From Zancudomyces culisetae HAW-14-8 (taxonomy: Eukaryota > Fungi > Kickxellomycota): a DNA stretch of 64,000 nt. How positions within the stretch are numbered: position 1 is the first letter of the stretch; each line of letters opens with the position of its first letter. A model generated the notes under the pieces. The model ran no database searches. It saw only the letters and a list, made by a program, of their open reading frames with translations, and was not told the DNA's origin. This document shows positions 1 to 7,562 of this stretch, in pieces. Position numbers and translations under genes: made by a program. Where the stretch lies: NCBI GenBank assembly GCA_052426225.1, contig JBNJNM010000011.1, positions 1,612,001-1,676,000 on the forward strand, in the 5' to 3' direction.

Positions 1-330
1 AATTTGGAAATTCTGAAAATACTGTTTGAAAAGGGAGCAAGAATAAAAAGAGGAAAAGAGAGCGGGGTGATTCAGGCTTGTGAAAATAATAATCTGAAAA
101 TTTTGAAGCTCTTGCTGGAAGGAGACTCAACTCTGGTACTCAAAAAGGATTATGGGATGAAGGAAGCTATCGATCATGAAAATGTAGAAATAATCAACCT
201 TTTGATTGAGTATGGTGCCGATACGAGTGCACACAGAGAGCTGATTATTAGGGTTGCAAACAACCTAAATGATAAAAGTTTAATTGAGTTTTGTCAGTAT
301 AAGGAGGGGATGTTTAAAAAAGCAACGTAA
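1..330 (+). CDS. Ankyrin-repeat protein, 3' end (5'-truncated by the window)
   Basis: Ankyrin-like units: LEILKILFEKGA, ACENNNLKILKLLLEGD, AIDHENVEIINLLIEYGAD. Stop TAA at 328-330. Confidence 0.8.
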   Translation, partial: NLEILKILFEKGARIKRGKESGVIQACENNNLKILKLLLEGDSTLVLKKDYGMKEAIDHENVEIINLLIEYGADTSAHRELIIRVANNLNDKSLIEFCQYKEGMFKKAT

Positions 331-334
331 TCAT

Positions 335-380
335 AACCATGTAAACAATTTACCTGTGATTTTAATTGGTTTACATGGTT
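335..380. repeat. Inverted repeat/hairpin just 3' of the ankyrin stop codon
   Basis: AACCATGTAAAC (335-346) is the exact reverse complement of GTTTACATGGTT (369-380); the stem can extend inward through AATT/AATT. Confidence 0.75.
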
Positions 381-488
381 GTATGTAAACTACTAAAATT
401 TGATTTTTTTGGCATTTTTAATATCGAGTGTCTTTTGGATGTTATACTCAATTTTTTCTTTTTTTAAAAATAAATTCATATTATGTAT

Positions 489-791
489 TTATTATGCTTC
501 ACTTATCCAGATACAATTATGTGTGTACCAATCTTTATTATAAATCGAAAATTCTTTCCTAGATACTATTTTTATCGATTAATCCATTACCTTAAAATTT
601 GGTAAAAAATTAAATCGATAAAAAGAGTGTTTAAATTTAGAAACTTTATACGTAATGATGTGTGTAATGACAGACATCACTGTATAATTTTTATAAAATA
701 AGTAAAACTAACTAAATAAAATAAATTTAAACCATATATAAACTGATGTCCCCTGTTTCCTGATGAATCTTTACCATCGTTGAGCTAGGTA
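489..791 (+). repeat. DIRS left terminal repeat (ITR core 505-791 plus unique 5' tip 489-504)
   Basis: 505-791 is the reverse complement of 4686-4971 apart from one substitution and a 1-bp indel near 543-547 / 4931-4934. Confidence 0.95.
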
Positions 792-851
792 CTCAACCAG
801 CTTATAAAAAATACATAGTATTTATAAAAGTCATTAGTTAAATTTTCAATA

Positions 852-1733
852 ATGAGTCAAAATGCAAACGTTACAGTTGAAGTTTTGCAACAGATTTTGG
901 AGAGATTATCAGCTCTTGAAAAACAAACCGCACCAAATGATCACATGTCAGTATCAGAAATCAGTGATTCAGCAAACATCACTGCTCCATCAATCGTTGA
1001 TGCAGTCGACGATGATTCAGTTGAAAACTTCGTGGTTCCCAGACCAACACCATCTGACCTGGTCATGTATCCAAAACTGCAAAAGGCGCTACCAACAGTT
1101 GAACAGGATTTCTTTTGGACACCACTGGCAGATGTCGAACGCAAGAAGTTTTACGCAGCCATCCCAAGAAACTCTGGCATGGATTATGAACCACCAGAGG
1201 AAAACATCAAGTTATCAGGTGACAATAAACGTACTGATGCAATGTTATATGACATCCAGTACCGTTTATCAGCCGTTACAAGACCTTTGGATTACTTCAT
1301 GCACGAAGCAATCCGTGACGGAGGAGCAGTCAGTGCCGAAAAACTTGCAGTTTTTATCAACTCAATCAGAGTTTTACTTGCGGATGTTGCATCCAGTATC
1401 ACGCAACAAAGAATCAAACTGTCATACAAAGCCTCAGGAGTACCATCAGATCCTCCAGAAATGGTTTCAACATCAAGGAAGCCTCTCGTGGACATACAGC
1501 AGATGCTCGAAGTTAAAGCAGCTGCAAATACATTGCAGCGTGCAACAAAAAATGTGCAGCAGAGAAGACCAAGATTCAACGCAACCAGGACCTTCCCAAG
1601 CATTCCGTTTCAGCCATCAGTTAACCAGAATGTTCAAGCAGAGCCGCAGCAGATCCAACAACAACGACAACACAAATCCGCTGCTACTGGCGGTAATTTT
1701 CGGTTTGCAAACAGCAGCAAACACCGAAAGTAG
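852..1733 (+). CDS. DIRS ORF1, gag-like protein (293 aa)
   Basis: First ORF after the left ITR, with an N-terminal coiled-coil (LQQILERLSALEK), a LYDIQYRLSAVTRPLD core and a basic/Q-rich tail. Confidence 0.8.
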   Translation: MSQNANVTVEVLQQILERLSALEKQTAPNDHMSVSEISDSANITAPSIVDAVDDDSVENFVVPRPTPSDLVMYPKLQKALPTVEQDFFWTPLADVERKKFYAAIPRNSGMDYEPPEENIKLSGDNKRTDAMLYDIQYRLSAVTRPLDYFMHEAIRDGGAVSAEKLAVFINSIRVLLADVASSITQQRIKLSYKASGVPSDPPEMVSTSRKPLVDIQQMLEVKAAANTLQRATKNVQQRRPRFNATRTFPSIPFQPSVNQNVQAEPQQIQQQRQHKSAATGGNFRFANSSKHRK

Positions 1734-4575
1734 GAGGGAGACTGAGGATGTTCCAGGAGGCTTGGATGCGCCTCACAGATCACAAATGGATACTCCAAGT
1801 GATCTCAGAAGGGTTCAGAATCCCCTTCAAAACGCATCCACCGACGGTCAAGCAGAAAAAACCGTTAGGTTACAACTTAAAAAAGCTTCCAGAAAAAGTG
1901 GTCGAACAGGAGATAGCAAACCTCCTGTCAAAGAAAGCAATAGAGGAAGCTTCATCCGCGCAGCCAGGGTTCTACTCAAATCCGTTTACAATCCCAAAGA
2001 AGAACGGAGGCACGCGGATGGTACTGAATTTAAGACCGTTAAATCAGTACATCCCACAGCGACATTTCAAGATGGAGTCGCTCACAACTATCTCCAGAAT
2101 GATCCGCAAAGGGGATTATATGACCAGCATAGACCTCAGCGATGCATTTCTACACGTATTGATCAACAAAACGTCCAGAAAGTATCTCAGGTTTACATGG
2201 GGCGGTCGCACCTACCAGTACAGAGTGCTCCCATTTGGTCTATCTTTAAGCCCACTAGTATTCACAAAAATACTAAAACCAGTACTGAAATGGGCCAGAG
2301 CTCGCGGGATACGAATGTCGAGCTACTTAGACGATTTGTTAATCTTAGGATCAACAAAAACAGAGTGTCTAAAGTTCACAAATATGGTTTTCAAGAAACT
2401 GGTGAAACTGGGATTCCTGATCAACCAGGAAAAGTCATCAATACATCCCAAACAATGTATTACGCATCTTGGGATGGACATCAACAGCCGTCAGATGAGT
2501 TTCAAGATACCCAAACAGAAACTCAAAGATTTAGCGAGAGAGGCATCCAGGTTGATACACAAAGGGTGTACAACACTGAAGGATCTGGCATCATTCATTG
2601 GCAAAACGCAGGCAGTGAATATAGCACTCAGACCGGGACGACTGATGAGCAGGAGGTTGTTAGAGCTCAAAAACAACACTCTGAAACGCACCACGGATTG
2701 GAGTTCACAAGTAACACTGAATCAGCCCGCACTGGACAATCTGACGTGGTGGAGGGACCATCTGAAGCAATGGAATGGTCTATGCTTCCTTCCGGAGATC
2801 CCAGAGATAGAAGTATATACGGATGCGAGCGACAATCACTGGGGGATAGTGATAGACAGCAATCAGTATACGGGGACATGGACACGACAACAGATGAAGC
2901 TCCCTATCAATGCGAAGGAATTATTAGCAATCCAGTATGCAGTGAAGCTGCCGCAGGTTCAGAGAAAGAGTGTTGTTGTATATTGCGACAACAACACTTC
3001 AATCAGCTACATCAAGAAGCATGGGGGAACCAAATCAGTGAATCTGATGGACATTTCGGAAGAAATTTGGAAACATTGCATCAGCAATGGCACTCGGGTT
3101 CAGATTCAGTATGTGCCATCAATACTGAATCCAGCGGATGCACCATCACGTTTAACAGCTCAAACAGAGTGGTCACTATCAGACAAGATGTTTCAGAAGA
3201 TACAGAAACAGTTTGGTCCACACGATGTGGACATGTTTGCCAACAACAACAACCACAAACTACCAACATTTGTGAGTTGGAAATGGACACCAGGAGCAGC
3301 GAAAACGAATGCATTCAATCATCATTGGAGCATTTGGACGAATCCATACCTTTGTCCACCATGGAATCTGATACAGAAAACACTACAGAAGATCAGACAG
3401 GACAAAGTATCAGCGACATTGATAACACCGTTTTGGAGGTCAGCACCATGGTATCCAGACCTCAAGAGCATGCTAATAGCTCCACCGATCAAGATATTAG
3501 CTCTACATATAATTCTGGATCCAAAAAGCGGAAAGCAAGTGACACTGATAAACAAAACATGGTCGCTTACGGCTTGGAAATTAAGCGCGCACGCCTTGAA
3601 AAAACGGGTTTAAAAGATTCAGTTATCACGTTAATGACAACTGGTAAACGAAATATGGCAAAACAAAAACAATATTACAACATCAAGGTAAAGTTTATTA
3701 AGTGGTTAGAGTCTGCAAAACTTGATATTAATAACGTTTCAGTTGTTGATGTTATCAATTTCCTTGATGAACATCGTATTAGTAACAATTTAAAAGTTGG
3801 TACTATAAAAAACTACAAGTCTGCTATCATCGATATTAATGCTGAATGGCGAACATTTAGCAGCGATATTTTGATGATTGATTATTTAAAACAGCTCGAT
3901 TCAACTTCAGTTCGATCTTTTAACAACCCTAACTACGATATTAATCCGATTATCGAACATATTAAAAATTTTGGTTCAAATTTTAAAATGAGCAAGCAAA
4001 ATTTAACAATTAAATTTTGTTGGTTGCTAGCAATTTGTGGATTTTTGAGACCTTCTGACATTGAACGAATCGATGATTCAAAGACGGAAATCAATAAAGA
4101 TTATGTTAAATTTGTTATTGTTGGACCAAAAGAAAAGCGAAGTGGAAATCCGATTGAAAAGGTCAGTATAATCCACGCACATAGCGACTATAAATTATGT
4201 CCTGTAGTAACATACAGAGCATATAAAAAACGCATTGCAACTTTTCCGAGTGTTGCAAATCATCCGATCCTCGATGGAGTACAATTGCACTACCTTATCC
4301 GCAACTTAAAGTATAACGACAAACACATTGGGGCACAACGAATCAGTAAACATATTAATTCATTGATGTCACTCTTGCAGTTGCCAGAAAGCGCAAAGTT
4401 ACCAAAAGCTCGAGCATTAGGATCTACTAGAGCTACAAAGCTAGGTGCGACATACGACGATGTTATTGCACAAGGATTTTGGGCAAGTAAAGGTATATTT
4501 GATACTTATTATCAATTATCACGTAGAACTCGTGAAAATTTAACTCAATTTATCTTGAACTCTGAAGCTACATAA
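862..4575 (+). CDS. DIRS ORF3: tyrosine recombinase at the C-terminus (about 3600-4575) of a 1237-codon frame overlapping gag and pol
   Basis: YR motifs GFLRPSD, PKEK, LCPV..Y..Y, KARALGST, GFWAS..IFDTYY. The true start codon is uncertain. Confidence 0.9.
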   Translation: MQTLQLKFCNRFWRDYQLLKNKPHQMITCQYQKSVIQQTSLLHQSLMQSTMIQLKTSWFPDQHHLTWSCIQNCKRRYQQLNRISFGHHWQMSNARSFTQPSQETLAWIMNHQRKTSSYQVTINVLMQCYMTSSTVYQPLQDLWITSCTKQSVTEEQSVPKNLQFLSTQSEFYLRMLHPVSRNKESNCHTKPQEYHQILQKWFQHQGSLSWTYSRCSKLKQLQIHCSVQQKMCSREDQDSTQPGPSQAFRFSHQLTRMFKQSRSRSNNNDNTNPLLLAVIFGLQTAANTESRRETEDVPGGLDAPHRSQMDTPSDLRRVQNPLQNASTDGQAEKTVRLQLKKASRKSGRTGDSKPPVKESNRGSFIRAARVLLKSVYNPKEERRHADGTEFKTVKSVHPTATFQDGVAHNYLQNDPQRGLYDQHRPQRCISTRIDQQNVQKVSQVYMGRSHLPVQSAPIWSIFKPTSIHKNTKTSTEMGQSSRDTNVELLRRFVNLRINKNRVSKVHKYGFQETGETGIPDQPGKVINTSQTMYYASWDGHQQPSDEFQDTQTETQRFSERGIQVDTQRVYNTEGSGIIHWQNAGSEYSTQTGTTDEQEVVRAQKQHSETHHGLEFTSNTESARTGQSDVVEGPSEAMEWSMLPSGDPRDRSIYGCERQSLGDSDRQQSVYGDMDTTTDEAPYQCEGIISNPVCSEAAAGSEKECCCILRQQHFNQLHQEAWGNQISESDGHFGRNLETLHQQWHSGSDSVCAINTESSGCTITFNSSNRVVTIRQDVSEDTETVWSTRCGHVCQQQQPQTTNICELEMDTRSSENECIQSSLEHLDESIPLSTMESDTENTTEDQTGQSISDIDNTVLEVSTMVSRPQEHANSSTDQDISSTYNSGSKKRKASDTDKQNMVAYGLEIKRARLEKTGLKDSVITLMTTGKRNMAKQKQYYNIKVKFIKWLESAKLDINNVSVVDVINFLDEHRISNNLKVGTIKNYKSAIIDINAEWRTFSSDILMIDYLKQLDSTSVRSFNNPNYDINPIIEHIKNFGSNFKMSKQNLTIKFCWLLAICGFLRPSDIERIDDSKTEINKDYVKFVIVGPKEKRSGNPIEKVSIIHAHSDYKLCPVVTYRAYKKRIATFPSVANHPILDGVQLHYLIRNLKYNDKHIGAQRISKHINSLMSLLQLPESAKLPKARALGSTRATKLGATYDDVIAQGFWASKGIFDTYYQLSRRTRENLTQFILNSEAT
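1697..3613 (+). CDS. DIRS pol: reverse transcriptase + RNase H + adenine-methyltransferase-like domain (first ATG 1748; frame open from 1697)
   Basis: RT motifs SIDLSDAFLH, LPFGLSLSP, YLDD; RNase H motifs YTDAS, INAKELLA, CDN, NPADAPSR; C-terminal DVDMFA...NAF...YLCPPW...W..APWY; VGGRL lies upstream of the first ATG. Confidence 0.95.
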   Translation, partial: FSVCKQQQTPKVGGRLRMFQEAWMRLTDHKWILQVISEGFRIPFKTHPPTVKQKKPLGYNLKKLPEKVVEQEIANLLSKKAIEEASSAQPGFYSNPFTIPKKNGGTRMVLNLRPLNQYIPQRHFKMESLTTISRMIRKGDYMTSIDLSDAFLHVLINKTSRKYLRFTWGGRTYQYRVLPFGLSLSPLVFTKILKPVLKWARARGIRMSSYLDDLLILGSTKTECLKFTNMVFKKLVKLGFLINQEKSSIHPKQCITHLGMDINSRQMSFKIPKQKLKDLAREASRLIHKGCTTLKDLASFIGKTQAVNIALRPGRLMSRRLLELKNNTLKRTTDWSSQVTLNQPALDNLTWWRDHLKQWNGLCFLPEIPEIEVYTDASDNHWGIVIDSNQYTGTWTRQQMKLPINAKELLAIQYAVKLPQVQRKSVVVYCDNNTSISYIKKHGGTKSVNLMDISEEIWKHCISNGTRVQIQYVPSILNPADAPSRLTAQTEWSLSDKMFQKIQKQFGPHDVDMFANNNNHKLPTFVSWKWTPGAAKTNAFNHHWSIWTNPYLCPPWNLIQKTLQKIRQDKVSATLITPFWRSAPWYPDLKSMLIAPPIKILALHIILDPKSGKQVTLINKTWSLTAWKLSAHALKKRV

Positions 4576-4666
4576 TTGTATCTGGATAAGTGAAGCATAA
4601 TAATATGTTTAGTTGAATGAAATGAAAACTTATTATTATTATGCGAACATCCAGATACAATTATGT
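4570..4666. repeat. Internal complementary region (ICR) of the DIRS element
   Basis: 4570-4603 is the reverse complement of the left end (489-522); 4601-4666 is the reverse complement of the right end (4954-5019). The halves share TAA (TTA on the other strand). Confidence 0.95.
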
Positions 4667-4685
4667 CCCACCCAATTCCCACCCA

Positions 4686-5019
4686 TACCTAGCTCAACGA
4701 TGGTAAAGATTCATCAGGAAACAGGGGACATCAGTTTATATATGGTTTAAATTTATTTTATTTAGTTAGTTTTACTTATTTTATAAAAATTATACAGTGA
4801 TGTCTGTCATTACACACATCATTACGTATAAAGTTTCTAAATTTAAACACTCTTTTTATCGATTTAATTTTTTACCAAATTTTAAGGTAATGGATTAATC
4901 GATAAAAATAGTATCTAGGAAAGAATTTTCAATTATAATAAAGATTGGTACACACATAATTGTATCTGGATGTTCGCATAATAATAATAAGTTTTCATTT
5001 CATTCAACTAAACATATTA
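4686..5019 (-). repeat. DIRS right terminal repeat (ITR 4686-4971 plus 48-bp right extension 4972-5019)
   Basis: Inverted copy of the left repeat; the extension pairs with the ICR. Confidence 0.95.
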
Positions 5020-5727
5020 AAATATATTGTATTTGGCTGTATTTGCACGCTTTGTAGGTATTTTGATTGTAGATCATAAGTGTTTTATAATTACTAATGA
5101 ATAATCATTCAAACGCGAAGTTACCATCTAGGAATCTTAAATTTGTTGGTGAACAAAAATAACGAATTATTGGGGTTGTAAAGCACTAAACCTTTAATAC
5201 CCTCTTGGTGTTTTTTTAAGTATACGTTTTAACCATCTAATAATATTTGAACTACTGTTTCACCCAAAGATATGTGTTTTTTTGGTTAATGTATTTCCGA
5301 AAGCCTGGTAAAAACTGTTTGAGAATAATGGTCAATATACTGAAGATGCAAAAAAATTCAAATCTTTGTTGTTATTCATTTGAAATACAGTAAAACGGAC
5401 TTTCTAGAATATTTTCATAAATGATTTGGCTGCATGGAAAAATACAGTAATTGAACACCCTTTTGAAGAAGCATATATTAATGATACCTAAATGGAATAA
5501 ACTTATTCAGATTAGTAAAACCAATGAAACCAAAAAGTCAAAAGTTAGTGCCAACAGGTTATTTAGTTTAACTAAATACACATACATTTAAGGGTAATAA
5601 TGTACAGTATAATTCGGTGTATTTAAATGTTTACAAACTAAAATAGAACATACATTCCTGTAGTTTAATAATATTTACCAGGTCGAATAAACCACAAATT
5701 TTACGGTTATAGTGTAAACTTTAAAAA

Positions 5728-6108
5728 ATGATAATTTTAGATCGAATGGCAAATGAACTTTCAGTTATTTGCCAAGAGTTTGCACTACTTGTTATGCAAC
5801 TGTTGTTCAGTATAGAGATGGTATTTAATGATCATATTGATAGTTACTCTGGCTTACTCAAAGACATAGGGGTATTGGTGCACTCAGGCGCCATCATTTA
5901 CGTGTATTACACCAGAATGCTTGAAGATCAAAAATTAGAAATGAAGAAGGTGGAGGCTAAAAATAAGAGTGCAGAGAGGAAATACGAGTTAAAAATGCTC
6001 GAATTCCAGGCAAAGCATGGGTTACTTGGAAAGAATTTCAAAAAAAAGAATAATGATTCCGAGAATGGAGACTCTGACAGCAATTGGAATACGATGATCA
6101 GAGTTTAG
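5728..6108 (+). CDS. Hypothetical small protein (126 aa) with hydrophobic segments and a charged coiled-coil tail
   Basis: ATG-initiated intronless ORF in AAAAATG context, GC above the flanks; no family recognised. Confidence 0.45.
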   Translation: MIILDRMANELSVICQEFALLVMQLLFSIEMVFNDHIDSYSGLLKDIGVLVHSGAIIYVYYTRMLEDQKLEMKKVEAKNKSAERKYELKMLEFQAKHGLLGKNFKKKNNDSENGDSDSNWNTMIRV

Positions 6109-6991
6109 TGTTTTCTGCTAAAATTTGCTTTTCACTTTTGAAGTTAAGAGACTCTTGATTCCTTGATCCTCCAGGTGTAACTAACTTTAAAGTAATTCTA
6201 GGTTTATATCTATTATGTTTGAAATATCTCTTTTTTACTGAGGATAGTTTCTAGATGTATTTCTTTCAGAATGAACTTGATATTGTTCTCACTTGTTGAT
6301 ATGTTGTTTGGATATTCGCTGCAATTTCCTTTTTATATTTTTACTCTTGGTTTTTTTAATCATGAGTAAAATGAGTAAGAATATTGATTGAAATAATAAT
6401 TAGTTAATATACGGCAAAGTCAGTATCGGCATTAAACGTTGGTGATAGATAGGCAATACTAAATGCTACTATAAAATGAATGGGGATAGATACATGTATA
6501 CCACGCAGTGCACAAGAAAGACAAGTGAGAATCAGCCTTATTTTGTATTTATTAAGTAAAAAACAGATTGTTTTCTACATGATACCTTTTGGAAAGGTCA
6601 CATAATACTATTGACACTTTCATAGCACTAAAATCCAGTACAGGACCGCTATCATGATTATCAAGTGCTTGAACAAGTATCGTTTTTTTCTGTTCGAATA
6701 TATATTAAATGGTAAGTGTTTGGCTGGTGAATACGAGATAGTTGAAAAAGAAAAAAATATTCAAAGGATTTTAGGCCCGATTTTACAACTCAGTCAATCC
6801 AATAGCGATTAATTAGCAAATACCATTAAAATATTTCACAACCTTGCTTCTTTCATCTTAATCTGTAAAATACTTATCATTCGAAATGGAGATCGACAAG
6901 GTGGATTTTACAAAATATCTTAAAAACCTAAGTAAGTGTGTTGGTACTAATATTTACGATTTTTTAGATTCCTAAATGACAAAACATGTCT

Positions 6992-7047
6992 GTAAAAGTA
7001 AAAGTAAAAGTAAAAGTAAAAGTAAAAGTAAAAGTAAAAGTAAAAGT
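6992..7047. repeat. (GTAAAA)9 microsatellite
   Basis: Nine perfect hexamer units read directly from the sequence. Confidence 0.95.
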
Positions 7048-7562
7048 GAAACCAAATATGTTAAATTGTAACTGGGATAAACGAATTAGATAAAGACTGC
7101 GAAATTTCAAGTCTGGACGCGTATACCTGTACGATCACCAATGGGCTCGAATGCACTCTTCATAAACGGTATTTTCTAAAGTAAGTATGAATGTTATTAT
7201 TTCTTTCCTCTGTCTTTTTTTTTTGTTTTTGCGCTGTTTTATTCGGATTTATAAAATAGGGATTGTAATATCTGTAAATGTGTTGAAAATATAGGTGTAA
7301 GGGCAAGCCGAGAATCGAAATCACACGAAACCCAGAGATTTTGGAAGATATCACATCCTTTTACGATAAACTAGAAAAACAAGAGTAGTATTTTTATGGT
7401 GTTATTTTTGGTATGATTGAGTCTTTTATAATAGAAAGTCCTTTTTAGGATAAGAAAGGTGGTGAGTGGTGAGTGGTGTTGTGTAAAATAAAGTATTTTA
7501 TTTAGTATAGAGAATAACAGACAAGAAACAATGATAAATTAGTGAAATAAATAAGTAGTTGG

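Larger units (their letters stand above)
489..5019 (+). mobile_element. Full-length DIRS1-type (tyrosine recombinase) retrotransposon
   Basis: gag-like, RT/RNase H/methyltransferase-like and YR ORFs; inverted terminal repeats 505-791 and 4686-4971; ICR 4570-4666 complementary to both termini; TTA at 489-491 and 5017-5019. Confidence 0.97.

Noticed and set aside
760-800. CTGATGA in the ITR as a hammerhead ribozyme core
   Set aside because: No downstream stem II-GAAA-stem III arrangement.
1731-1750. AGGAGG Shine-Dalgarno-like sequence before pol ATG 1748
   Set aside because: Eukaryotic context; explained by the codons for VGGRL.
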